The notes: generated by a model not told the origin, from the sequence alone. A stretch of DNA of 64,000 bases from Callorhinchus milii (GCF_018977255.1 NW_024704742.1:5954001-6018000); one strand, 5' to 3'. Shown: positions 13,319 to 26,644, counted from the stretch's first letter. Program-made: numbers and translations.

Positions 13319-15524
13319 AGTGTTGGCACTTCAGCAGCAGCTGCTGCTTCTGTGCCCCCTTTGGCAAACCAATCAAAGCATTAATAATAATCATCATCAT
13401 CCTCACCAGCCTGATCTGATCACGTCATTGAGACGTCTCAAAGCGCTTCGCGGAATATACTGTAAAGTGTAGCGACCGTGTGTTTTGTGGGACGAAGCGC
13501 GGCAGCCAACTGCGCGCAGCAGCGTCCCGCAAACAGTCGTGGACTGAAGTGACCACTTTTTTTTAACAGGGTTTCGACTCACCGCTAGGGTCAGCAGAGG
13601 CGTGTGGGTTAAGGAAACTTGCCTCAAGTCCTGGATGTATGAAAACGTCGTTCGCAAACCCGGACGCTAAGTAACACCTTCCAGCAGCTGTTGTCTGGAC
13701 CTCAGAGTTTCCTCATCAGCTATTTGCCAGACACCGTGCCTTCTGCCGCTGTGCCCCAAAGCTCTGGAACTCCCTCAATTCCTCAGTCTTGCCCCCTCCA
13801 TCCCCACCTTCAAATCCCACCTAAAGACCTTCCTTTTTCGATCGTACTTTTTCGTCACCTCCCCCGCCTCTTCCTCCCCCCCGGCTCGGTGTCAGACTCC
13901 ACCACTGTCAAGCGCTCTGGGACGCTACCCCGCCTGAGGGACGCTATATAAATGCAAGTTGTTGTTGTAATCTGTTCTTCGGTGCAATGGAGGATCTTTA
14001 CAGGACAGCTTGATGTTCAGGTCCAATGTCACAGGACCAGGTTTACTTAACACCAACTGATTAATCCAATAATAATAATAATAATCCTTGCATTTGATAT
14101 AGCGCCTTATCACGTCTTTGCGACGTCTCAAAGCGCTTCACAGAATATACCGTAAAGTGAATTGACTGTATATTTTGTGGGCAAAATACAGTTCTTCATG
14201 TAAGGGGCAAGTGCTCTGCGACCCTACGCTGTGTGAGGGGCACTATATAAATGCAAGTTGTTTTGCAAGTTAATGTGCAGCCGACTCCACTTCCAAGGTG
14301 TTGTGCAATAGTCTATGTAGATCAGAGTCCTCCTTTCCTCATCATGTGTTTGTGTGAGGGAGTGAGGCCGCAGATCCGTGTTTTCCCTGGGCAATCGGCC
14401 CCCACCCCTTCACCAACCCAAGCGCTTTCACCCCACCACAAATCCAACTCGCCTCTTGTTCCTGGACTTTGCACACCCAAGAACCATCTATGGACGACAT
14501 CTTACGGACTCCCACTTGCACATGAGGTAAAGAATGTGGAGCAGAAGAGAAACAGTGAGAGTAAACAATTTGCCAGACTAACAACAGCAACAACTCGCAT
14601 TTATATAATGCCCTTCATGCGTCCCGGAGCGCTTGCCAGACTAAATACACAAGATACACTAAATCCATAATATATATGTAAGAATCCTACCAGTTTTAAT
14701 GAAAAATATATAAAGGAAGGGCAAAGGGCTCACGTTAAGGTGGGCTTGTTGACATTAATAAAGTCTATGTGGGAAAGGATGTCAGAGGAGTCAAACTAGA
14801 ATCACCAAAAGCAAATAAAGCAAATGAAAATATATTTTGCTTTGAAGCAAAGAGCTAAGTTACAACGAGGACGATATTGGTTGACTGGCTGAAGTAATGA
14901 ACAGCTCCTGTGTGGATCCTGTGGAAAAATCCGATAGCTAACATTGTTGTCCGCCACCCCCACTGACAGTGACTAGTTTCATTGTTTAGTTACCCACTCG
15001 ATTCACCCTATGCAGAGGAATACACTTCCACTACTAAATTGTTAACGGTACGTTGGATCTAACCAGTTTGCTAAAATGAATCGCGCTTTCTGACAATGTA
15101 GGACTCACCCACCACCTCAAAGTGAGAATAAACAAACTTTGTTTGACCAACTTCCAACTTAACCGTAAAAAAATTCGATTGAACAAGTAAGCAATTCAGG
15201 ATATACCAAAATGGTAGAACGAGAGGACCCAGGTTTAGGGTTGCAAAGGGCGATTTCAGGACAGACACCACCACCACCACAACAACAAGATTGCATTTTT
15301 GGAGCGCCTTTCACTTCAGGAGGACATCCCAAGGCGCTGGACAATTGGGTCAGGACACGAGCATTGGGGGGAAATGGTCAGGGTGAGGGGAGGGAAGGGA
15401 GGGAGCGAAGAGGGGGTAGAGAGTCGAGAGGGGAGATGAAGGCACCAGTTAGATTTTCAAAACCCAGAAGTTTGGGTCTCTTCCAAGGCTCAAGATTCTT
15501 CTGCTATCTCTTAATAATAATAAA

Positions 15525-15785
15525 AATAATAATAATCCTTGCATTTGATACAGCGCTTTATCACATAATTGAGACATCTCAAAGCGCTTCAGAGAATATC
15601 CAGTAAAGTGGATTGACTGTATTTTGTGGGCAAAGCACGGCAGCCATTTGTGCACCACAGTGTCCCACAAACAGTCGTGGATTGAGTGACCACTTTATTT
15701 AATATTTGGTCTGGGGAATTATCACTACATCATCAACTAACAACCGGGTTCCTACTTACTGCTTGGTAAACAGAGGTGTGTGGAG
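15525..15785 (-). mobile_element. Headless SINE, long subfamily
   Basis: Tail and body with AACAACCGGGTTCCTACTTAC segment; no tRNA head. Confidence 0.8.
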
Positions 15786-16103
15786 TCCTGTAGCTCAGTG
15801 GTTAGAGCACTCGCTTTGCAAGTGAGAGACCTGAGTTCAATTCCAGGCAGAGGGCGAAACCTTGGGCAAGTTTCCTTACTCCACACAGAGCCTAATAATA
15901 ATCCCTCCAAAACCAAAAACAATAATAAATTGGTCATTTTCAATCTACGACTGTTTGTGGGACATTGCTGTGTGCAATTGGCTGCCGCGTTTGCCCACAA
16001 ATATACAGTCAATTCACTTTACAGTATATTCTGTGAAGCGCTTTGGGACATCCTCCCGACGTGAAAAGCGCTATATCAAATGCAAGGATTATTATTATTA
16101 TTA
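15780..16103 (+). mobile_element. Full-length young tRNA-Ala SINE
   Basis: Intact head, body and tail. Confidence 0.9.
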
Positions 16104-16259
16104 TACTGTGGATCCGCTTGGCTCAAAAACCAGACTACCGAGACCGCCACAGAGAGTTGGATTGATTCCGACAATCCATTGCCAGGCATGTCACCTGGAG
16201 CCAGTTCAGATCCAAGGAGACTCTACTTTCCTCCCCCACCCCCACCCAAGGAGGATAGT

Positions 16260-16625
16260 CACTAGTTGGTTGTTCAACATCCAACAAGCGTGAATTTTAG
16301 CCCTCAATAGGTGGATGGTAGATACCAGGAACTCCCTGTGAGCTTCCCGGCGAGCGGCACACCTCAGCATGAAATACGTGAGAGAATTGCCACCGTCTTT
16401 CTTATCCGCAGCTCGGGCACATTGAGCGATGGTTCCACCAACTGGAAGTGCGGAGTCTAAGCAGCAGCTGCTGGCCTTTCCTCAGGCCAATCGAGGGGAT
16501 TCCAGGCACTGGACGTACGAACGTGTGTTCACAATCTTGGACTCCCGATAACACCTTCCAGCAGCTGTCTCCCCAAGCCTCAGAATTTCCTCATCAGCTA
16601 TCTGGCTGGCATCCGCCTTCAGCAT
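16260..16625 (+). mobile_element. Ancient L1/Tx1-like ORF2 fragment
   Basis: Homologous to 13625-13745 and 18760-19040; shared peptide-level pattern. Confidence 0.5.
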
Positions 16626-17559
16626 AATAAGCAATAATAATGTGCATTGATATGGTGACTTTCTGGATGGATTGCAGTTTGTGGAGGGAAGTCCGGTGAG
16701 CAGGGAGTAAGCATAGTCTAGCCTGGATGTGATAAAAGCATGAGGGGGAGAGGCAATGGCTGGAGCGAGCAATATTGCGGAGGTGGGAGAAGGCTGAATG
16801 GGTCAGAGCAGGGATGTGGGGTTTAAAGGACAGTTGAGTGTCGAAGAAGAACGCCGTGGGTCTGCCATGGCTCGGAAGAAGAAAACAAAAGGGTAGGAAA
16901 GAGAAAGGAGAAAGCATCACGAGTGCACAAAAGGATGAGATCAGCCGCTAAAATAGGAGTTTGGATCCCTGCGTCTCACTTTTCAGTGGGTTCACCCTCC
17001 CGCCCCATCGTCCTGGGTCATTCAGGCTAATGTTTTATCTCAACTGCTGCCTCGACTAAGACACCAACAACAGGGACGAGGGAGGGACAAACAGGAGGCC
17101 AGAGCCGGCCGAGCAGGGGGCAGCGAGCGGGTGGTGGAGTGAGCGATAAGCAGATCGGATCGATTGGGAGGTGCGATGGGGGACACAGAGGGATTTGAAA
17201 ACGAGCGAGAGGAGCTAACTCACCGCACACAAGGATTTGAACTTATTTGACCCTCCCTCACCCCACCCCCCACCCCCGGCCCTACCCCCCACAACGTCTG
17301 CAGGTCTTGAAGTTTTGCATTTTGAATAATGAAACTGTTAAATCACCTACAAAGGTCTTTTTTTCGTAAAAAGGAAAAGTATTGCGGCTTTTTTTCCGTT
17401 TGACCACTAGAGGGAGCGGTGAGACCGATACACGAGAACCCGCAACACGATCAGTGGAGATGTTAAACGGGACATCTTCTTACAAAAGTGTCTCCAACGC
17501 ACCCCCCCCCCCCACCGAGAGCCGCCAAACTCACTTTGATGATCCGTGTTGCGATAGAT

Positions 17560-17965
17560 TGCAACAGGCAGGAGTTTGGCACTGACGTAGACAACCAGAC
17601 AGGTCTACAGTGTTCCAGGGCACTGCCGATGTCAACACACCAAGGCTGGGTCATCGGAAGTACCTGGAACGGCAGACTAGTCACCCAGCGAAGAGACATC
17701 CCACTCAGCTCCTGTTAACCCCGCAAGCCAAAGCCCTAATGGGTAGGGTGCACTCTCTCTCCCTGGAGGGACACTTCCTACTTACCTAATTCCGGAAAGT
17801 ATTAGGCGCAGGTCGGCAAGAGCCAAGGCTCGGGAACCCCAGAGCGTGCGTTGGAATAACTGCTGGAGACTGACCAGCTAAAACCACACAAGCTTGCCTT
17901 TGATATCACTGTCTGGTAAACGTTCTCGCTGCTTGTCCAGCTCGGACCACTCTACCCGTTCGGGC
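17560..17965 (+). mobile_element. Ancient L1/Tx1-like ORF2 C-terminal fragment
   Basis: Homologous to 7640-7985 and 40570-40760. Confidence 0.5.
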
Positions 17966-18029
17966 TTCAGAAATTAGACATAGTTGTTATTCAGAAAAAA
18001 TAATCATTAGATCAAAATCGAGGGGGCTG

Positions 18030-18720
18030 GAAATACAGATACACAGTCTATTAAAAATGGGAGCCAGATAGAAAACTGAATACAAAAGTAAGGAAGGGAT
18101 GATAAATCTGTATAATACAATACAATACAACATTACATTTATATAGCGCCTTTCATGTCGGGAGGACGTCCCAAGGCACTGGACAGTCAGGGATTTGGAC
18201 CCAAGCAGAGGGACTGGGCGAGGATTGTGGAACAGGCCGGAGTCCGCTGAGCGGAGAGAGTGAACAGTTCATATGAGGTTAACAGGTCACAGAGGCATTG
18301 GACAAGGGACAAGGCCTTGGAGGGCCTTGAAGGCAAGGACAAGGATTTTGAACTCTATCCTCTGGGGGATGGGGAGCCAGTGGAGCCGGACGAGGGTGAG
18401 GTGATTGGGGTCATGGAGCCTGGAGTGTAAGACATCAGTGAGATTACAGCTAAAATTTTGTGTGCAGTTTTGGGCTCTACATTGTAGAAAAGAATGTTAT
18501 AACTATAGAGAGTGTGCATCGTAGGTTCACATGAATGATACCGGAGATGAAAGGATATATCGATGAAGAGAGGCTAGAAAAATCAGAACTCTTCCCCTTT
18601 TAGAGCAGAGAAGGTTGAGGGGTGGGTGATATGATGGAGCTGTTTAAGATAATTAAAGGGTTTGAGAAAATGAATCGTGAAAAATAAGAGTTCACGAACA
18701 CAAAGATTGTCATAATGGGA
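18030..18720 (+). mobile_element. CR1 LINE fragment interrupted by an antisense L2 tail (~18110-18420)
   Basis: TTTGTGTGCAGTTTTGGGCTCTACATT... resembles the EYCVQFW region at 55600. Confidence 0.65.
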
Positions 18721-19879
18721 GTAAAAGGAGAAGTCCTGAAGAACATCTCCACCAAGGAGAGACTTACCAGTTGGTTGCTTGACATTTGGCCAGTGCAGGT
18801 TTGAGCCCATACTCGATAAATGGCAGGTGGCAGGAACTCCTGCGAGCACAGCTCAGCATGAAATACATCAGAGAATTACCCCCAGCCTCCCGTCCGCAGC
18901 TCAGGCACGCGTCCCTGAACATTAAGCGGTGGTTACACTATTTGAAAGTGCGAATGCTTATCTCTCCGCATGTCAAACAAGGTGGCTTCCAACTCCTGGA
19001 TATGTGAACTTGTTCCTGAACCCAGATTCTAAGTACTGGCTTGTAATCCTTACATTTGATACAGCGCCTTATCATGATGTTGAGACATCTCAAAGCGCTA
19101 TAAGGAATATATTTTAAAGTGTATAATTTGTGGGGCGAAACGCGGTTGCCAATTCTCCGCGGCAGTGTGAGCCATCATCGGTGATGATTTCCCCATGTGT
19201 CAGGTTGACCAAAAACACTTATTTCTGTCTTTAAGGGTGAGATACACCATCAGTGGAAAGTTTAGCAGTGCAGACCGGCATTAAAGGGATTGTATGGCAC
19301 TTCTTACACCCTGGATTCATGCACTATGCAGAGATCAACTTAATGTGTGACCAAATCTGGATGCAGCCAGATAAAGGGATACAAATCCATCTGGGGCTTG
19401 CCACATAAAAATGAAACCAGTTTGTAAAACACATGTCTGGATGTTGAATGACTCAGTGACTCTCCCAGTGCTCTCCAGTGTAACGAGTGGGCTGGTTACT
19501 GCTGTCAAGCAACCGTTGTTGGTGATTTTTCTTCATGTGCTGCCTATTAAACACAATCATCTAGTCATGGTACATTCACAGTCAGTGACTGCCTGTCAAT
19601 ACAACACAGATGTACTGACTGACTGTCTGTCAAGGACACATAGATGGTACTGATTGTACTAACTATTGACTATTGCAACCTCACATTTTACAATGCCATG
19701 TTATCCCCATTTTTGCCGCGTGAGGCCCTGAAAACAGATTTCCTGCGTCACTGGCTCCTTTATTATTCTTTCATCTGAATTAGCCTACCTTGACACTGAA
19801 CCGTATAAAGACAAGACAAGCTCAGTTGATAGTGTTTCCAGACAGTGTCAGCATCATCCACTGCCAGCAATGTAATTAT

Positions 19880-20175
19880 AATAATAATAAACCTTCCATT
19901 TGACATAGCGCTTTTCACGTCTTCGAGACGTCTCAATACACTTTATATACTGTAAAGTGAATTGACTGTATATTTGTGGGCGAAATGTAGCAGCCAATTG
20001 CGGACAATAGTGTCCCACAAACAATCGTGGATTGAAGTGACTAATTTTATTGTTGTTTTTTTTCTTAAGGGATTATTATCAGGCGTGTGAAGTAAAGAAA
20101 CTTGCCCAAGATTTCACCCTGCTAGGAATCTAACCCAGATCTCTCACTTGTGAGGTGAGCGCTCTACAGGACTCT
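19880..20175 (-). mobile_element. tRNA-Ala SINE
   Basis: Similarity to the SINE family. Confidence 0.8.
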
Positions 20176-21142
20176 TGTTACATGTTAATACGGAGCTGTA
20201 GAGAGCTGTGGACAAATAAGCTCAGAGTCTAGGGTAACATTACAGTGACCTTTTGAAGAAGTGCAGAATTGTTTGTCCTTTTAATGAGATGCTAAGCCAG
20301 GATCCCATCTGCCTGCTCAGGTGGATGTTAAAGATCCCGTGACGCTAATGGAAAAGCAAAGAGAGATTCTCCCAGTGTTCTGGCCAATAGTCACCCAAAT
20401 AAAATTGGTCACTCACTTCATGACGGTTTGTGAGACATTGTTGCGTGCAAATCAGCTGCCGTGTTCATCTACAAATACGCAGTCACTACACTTTACTGCA
20501 ACTCTAAAGTGAATCGGCTGTATATGAAATGGGTGAAACGCAGCAATCAATTGCGCACAGCAGTATTATACGCGTTGTATCAAATGTAAAGATTATTATT
20601 AAATGTTCAGCAGTGTACTTCAGGCAGCAATTGAATCATATGCTTCTCTGATGATATATGTGACCTTTAATGACATTCTATTTAATTATTGTAAGTAACT
20701 CACTGCTAGCTATCTGTTATCTATTATTTATTTTAACCATACACTGAAGCTTGCAGTGCAAACAAACACTGGGCAACAGATAGTTGGCAGAAGTACATGA
20801 TAGTCTCACCACTATTCTTCTAACCATAACTGTAGTGTCTTTTTATCTCAATATGTATTTTCTGTAGCAAATATTATTGTTTCATAATTCATTATGAATA
20901 GATCTACAATGCAAACCATTTAGATGCAGAACAATTTGTGCCAATTCCAGATACACCCACTTTTATTTTCAATAAAAAAAAACCCACTCTTTTTCTCATT
21001 CAGTTAAGTATATAGTTTCACTATAGTTTGGTTTTCACCCCATGTCTTTGAATGCAAATGTCAACTCTCTGTGAGCAAAAAGAAACTGCAATTCTGGGTA
21101 ACATTTTTGGTGAGTTTTATTTTGTGCATCTCAAGGCATATT

Positions 21143-21502
21143 GAAAAAAAAAGGCAAAATACCGCAGATGCTGGAAATCTGAAATAAAAACAGAATTCGC
21201 TGGGAACATTCAGCAAGTCAGGCAGCATCTTCGGAGAGAGGAAAGTTACCTAACATTTCAGGTCGATGACCTTTCATCAGAACTGACAATTTTTTTGCCC
21301 ACAAAATATACAGTCAATTCACTTCACAGTATATTCTGTGAAGGACACTGAGACGCCTTGAAGACTTGATTAGGCGCTATATCAAATGCAAGGATTATTA
21401 TTTATTATTATAAGGTCATCGACCTGAAATGTTAACTCACTTTGCTCTCTCCATAGATGCTGCCTGACCTGCCGAGTATTCCCAGCGACTTCTGTTTTTA
21501 TT
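21143..21502. mobile_element. Penelope-like palindromic element with a hammerhead motif and a SINE tail inserted in the centre
   Basis: Inverted arms ~21156-21285 and ~21412-21502; CTGATGA...GAAA core on -; 12-bp direct repeat TCAAGGCATATT on both flanks. Confidence 0.7.
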
Positions 21503-21569
21503 TCAAGGCATATTAATACTGGGGAAGGGAACACTTTCCTCTTTCACATGAATAGTCAATTACAAGCAC

Positions 21570-21900
21570 TCACAATCACCTACAGTATGGGCTCATGGTG
21601 ATGCTTCCTCCACCCTCTGCACCAACTATCCTCATTGTGTGTTCTAATGGTTTCTCCTCCCACTCCTGTACAATCACATGCAGCATTCCTCAGTACTCGG
21701 TCCTTGATCTTCTCCTCTTCACTATCCATATGCTCCCACTCAGAGACATTATCTGTAGACATGGAGTTCACTTCTACACGCACACAGATGACACCCAACT
21801 CTATCTCTCTGCCTCCACCCTTGACTCCAGGAGCAGTGTTGTTTTGGCCATTGACTATCAGGCATCAAGTCCTGGATGAGAGCTAACATTACCTACTTTA
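21570..21900 (+). mobile_element. Degenerate L2 reverse transcriptase fragment
   Basis: ORF 21595-21879 contains LPLRDIICRHGVHFYTHTDDTQLYLS (YADD region). Confidence 0.8.
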
Positions 21901-22519
21901 TGTATCAGTAAAAAGCAATGCGTGTGGCCTTCAGCTAGGACTGTCTATGAGCTACGATCATAATACTGTGGAGAAATGTGGAAGACCAACTGGATGTTCC
22001 TTGTTCTTCTTCTGCCTAGCAATTCTTACGTTCTTAAGGGAAATGAATAGGAACAAAATATTTTCAAAATATTTTCACATTTTGAAACCGACACAATTCC
22101 CTGTTTGTGCACTTTTACTAAATGTCGACTCGGCTGAGCCAACGCATTTATGGTTACATTCTACACCCACGCTACACGTTGCACACTTTGCATAGCAAAC
22201 CTCATACTGACCCAAAATATGGTATGGGCTCCCTTCAGACAACCTCCATTATTGTGCATATTTTAATTGGACAACAGGGGTCGATTTAGGGATACGTTTC
22301 GTAGTTTCAGGTACGTCAAGAGATGAGAACAAGAGCTACGAGTTCCAAAGGGCAATTTCAGGACAGATGCTAGGAACATTTTCAAATGGAACAGGTTACC
22401 AAGGAAGAATGGTTGAGGTTTTTTTTTAAAGAAAAAAGCGTGATGCTGTGGTGTGAAGATGGTTAAGATGAGATCAGATGGGCTGAGTGGCCTTCCTTCC
22501 TCATCCTTCTTCATATTTA

Positions 22520-22786
22520 GCACAGCAGCCAATTGCACACAGCAACGTCCCACGTGGACTGAGTGATCACATTTTTGTTACTTGCTTTAAAATTATTTTT
22601 AGCGAAGGGATCATTGCCCCGGTAAAGCAATCCGCCAATTGATTAACAACTGGGTTCCTACTTATTCCTAAGTGACCAGAGGCGTGTGGCGTAAGGAAAC
22701 TTGCCCGATATTTTGCCCTGCCGGGAATCAAACCCAGGTCCTCTTGCTTGCGAGGCAAGTGCTCTAACCACTGAGCCACAGGACTT
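22520..22786 (-). mobile_element. tRNA-Ala SINE, long subfamily
   Basis: Head with A/B boxes plus body. Confidence 0.8.
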
Positions 22787-25159
22787 TGACTCCCTTGAAA
22801 GAAGTAGGATCATTGAGCAGGTCAGTTCCAAAAACCTAAAGTGGTGAGGATAGGAGTAGGTCAATTGGGACTAATTTAAGATATTCATAACTAAATCGCC
22901 ACTTAGTGTTCGAGATACCCACATACTCGGCCGGTGAAGTTATAACAAACTAATGACTCCATATTATAAGACATAGATTTGGAATTAAAAGAAGGTCATT
23001 TGAATTTATACCCTGAGGCCTGACATTCGCATGGTTTTAAAGTTAAGGTCATTGTTTTAAAATTTAAGATTTTAGAAAGAATTTAAATTCAAGCTTAGGA
23101 AGGCTTTCCAAGATGCCTTTCAATGGCTAAAATTAACAGCTAAAACAAATAGTGTTGGTCATTTATTTCATGGCTGTTTGTGGAACATTGCTGTGCCCAA
23201 ATTGGCTACTGTATTTGCATATAAAAACAGTCACTGTGATTTACAGTAATACTAATAATAATCCTTGCATTTGATATAGCAACTTATCACGTCTTCTGGA
23301 CATCTCAAAAGTGCTTCACAGAATATACTGTAAAGTGAATTGACTGTATATTTGTGGGTGAAACGCGGCAGCCAATTGCGCACAGCAGTGTCCCACAAAC
23401 AGTCGTGTATGAAGTGACCAAATTTTTATTATTATTATTTTTTTTTGTGGAGTAGGGAATCAAACCCAGGTCCTCTCGGTTGCGATATACGGTATATCCT
23501 TTGGGACATCCTCCTGACGTGAAAGGCGCTGTACAAAATCTAAGGATTATTTATGATTCAAAAGCTGCATTTGTGATTTCTGTTGCCTGGATTACACTTT
23601 AGAAATTTCTGGGTGGAACCTTGCACTGTCCTCTGGTTAGGATGGAGACTAGTGGTACGTCAAGGCAAGCTACAGTATCAACAACAACAATTGCGCTTGT
23701 ATAACGCCTGTCACGTCCGGAGGATGTCCCAAGACGTTTTGCTGGAGAGTCAGTGCCGCTCTTGAGACACAGAGCTGACTCTGACCTGATTCACATGGAC
23801 ACTGTGCGGATATCATCCCCAATACAGCACAGATCAAGGGTCAGATTTCAATCAGTTCCCAGTCTGAATATAACCTCCAAGATATAGTACATAGCGTGGC
23901 AGAAAATTGCAGGTTAGGTAGTTAGTTACGACAGGAATTAGCAGCACTATCTCAGCATTACTTCATGTTTGCACAGCCCCCGAGGATACTGAATGATGGA
24001 CAATTTCCTGATACTAATTCTCCCCTTTAATAGAAGTTCGGGAGCAGCAGAAGGTGAATGGGTGCCCTAATGTCAGACACGGAGCATCACAGATAACAAT
24101 CACTGACTCCGCTTTAAAGTCATGAACTTGTTTTACTGTGACACAGCACCTAATCACGTCTTTGGGACATCTCAAAGCACCTCACAGGATATACTGTAAA
24201 GTGAATTGGCTGTATATTTTGTGGGCGAAACTCAGCAGCCAATTGCGCACAGCAGCGTCCCACACACAGTCTTGGATTGAGTGGATTAACCATTTATTAT
24301 TATTCTTTTTTAATACTCGACATACTGACATAAGTTGTCTCCTACCCTTCATGTTACCTGAGTGGGATCTCACCTGGAGAATGGCATCAGACTCTAGTGA
24401 TTCTGCTGCTCTGAAATTGAACACATCCCACCCTTTAAGAGCAACCTATTAAACTATACTCACATGATACCGGACATTTCTTGTCTCCTGGTCATAAATT
24501 GGTGGGTCCAAACTCCATCGTCGGCACATTAATTCATAGTTTAGACTGATGCTCCATTGCAAAGCTGGGGGAGCACAACAGAATCGCTGGAGCCTGTTGG
24601 TATTCCCGTGGTGAGGTACCTCCTAACCCCACATCAACCTGTACGCTCCCTCCACTCATCTCCCCCGCCATGTCCCCTACCCGGCCCGCCCCACCATCGG
24701 TGGTCGGGCCTTCATCCTCTCCGCCCTGACCCTTTGGAACTCCATCCCACAGTCCCCGTCGTATTCTGTGAAGCGCTTTGAGACATCATGCCATAAAAAT
24801 GCAAGTTCTTTAGTTTCCCTACAAATAAACTGTGGTTAATTTGACAGCAATTCCCTGAAAAGCATTTTGAGATGTTTCTAAGTCCTAGGCCCTATTACAA
24901 TAAATAGTTTATCACTTAATGGAACATTGCTTTGTGCAAATTGGTTGTTCCATTTTGCCTAAAAAAACACACAGTCACTACACTTTATAATAAATCCCGT
25001 GAAGCGCTTTGTGACGTCCTCCCAACATGAAAGACAATATATCGAATGCAAAGATTATTATTATGATGAAGATTAATTCACTGATGCACTGGGATTATTT
25101 AGAGTGAGAATCATCAGTAGCTGAGAAAACTAAACAACTGTCTGGTTGAAGGTGGTCCA

Positions 25160-25675
25160 ACTGATTCAAAACTCTGCTGCCCACATCATCACCCATACCA
25201 AACTCCACACTTGCCATCACCCCAGTCCTTGCCATATCAGCGGTGCCCCATCGCAGAATAGATCCATTTAAAAATCCTCACAATCACCTACAAATCACTT
25301 TGTGCCCAAGCACCTCCTTATTTCTCCAACCAGCTTACACCCTATTTCTCTCTCTGTCCCCTTCGCTCAGCCATCTCGGGCCTTCTGCACATCCCCAGAT
25401 CTCTCCGCTTTCCCAATGGCCACCGTGCTTTCAGCCACGAGCCCTCGAACTTCTGGAAATCCCTGCCTCAATCCCTCTATCTTGCCCACCCCCCCCACCA
25501 CCCCCTTTACCCATCTTCAATTCACTTTCCTCCTTGACCATGCCTACAATCTGTTTCTTCCCTTTCTCCTCAGCTCGGTGTCAAACTCCGCCAATGATCA
25601 GGGCTCAGAGATACTACCCAGCATGAAGGATGCTATATAAATGCAAGTTGTTGCTGTTGTTGTTGTTGTTGTTGA
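25160..25675 (+). mobile_element. L2 LINE 3' fragment with (GTT)n tail
   Basis: ATTCAAAACTCTGCTGCC (IQNSAA) and tail GCTATATAAATGCAAGTTGTTG. Confidence 0.7.
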
Positions 25676-26644
25676 AAGGTTAAAGTTTGCCCACAAAACA
25701 TACAGTCAATTCACTTTAGAATATATTCTGTGAAGCGCTTTGAGACGTCTTAAAGACATGATAAGGCGCTATATCAAATGGAAGGATTATTATTGTAAGT
25801 AGAAGTAAACTTTTTATAACACTTCGGGGGGAGCAAACTTTGAACAATTCTTAATTTCCAATCTTCGAACCAGTGAGCTCCTAATCCGTAAACTGCAGCT
25901 CTATCCACTCGATCAGGGTTGCTGTATTTTAACCCCTCACTGGGGAATTCAATGATGACAACAACTTACAATATATAGTACCCTCCACACAAGATAACAT
26001 CTCAAAGCACTTCACAGAGACTGAATGAGAGCCCGAGCAGAGTGGGAGACCAAAGACAAAGACAGATTAGTTTTTCCGAAGGGTTTTGAACACAAAGAGG
26101 TAGAGAGATTTGGGAACAGGTTATTAAAGAGCATGGCAGAGTGTCTGAAAGCTCAGCTGCCAAATGGTGGGGCAGAGGAGTTGGGGGATGCTAATAGATG
26201 GGATAATGATGGGTTGGAGTAAGTGGAAGAAAATAATCTGATCAGAGGGCAGGGAGGTTGAAACAGCGCACTAAATGGCAAGAGGAAATGTCTGGAAAGC
26301 AGAGTTTATTCAAAGCCCCACAGAACCAAGAAGCTGCTGGAGATAAGAGGCAGATAAAGATCTACACAAGCTCTCTTCTCTCTGTGTACACACAGCTGAT
26401 GACTCTGTTTGGGCTGGCCCACATTACGCAGAAAGTGCAGCTGTTAGAATCTGATCTGACACCCCTATGCAGACCAGTATCGTGAGGACAATCACCGTCT
26501 CGGCTCGCACGTGAGTAATGGCAAGGTGCCAACGAGAGGTGCGTTGGGACTGAACCCCTCCAGCCATCAGTGGTTCTAAGAGAGGAATTGGGGGACATTG
26601 GAAAAAAAAAGCATTTAATGATACTAAATGCACTTTTTGAATCA

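Noticed and set aside
12442..13472. Long ORFs of 325 and 275 aa
   Set aside because: Produced by the minisatellite, CpG island and AATC repeat; low-complexity translation antisense to rpl34
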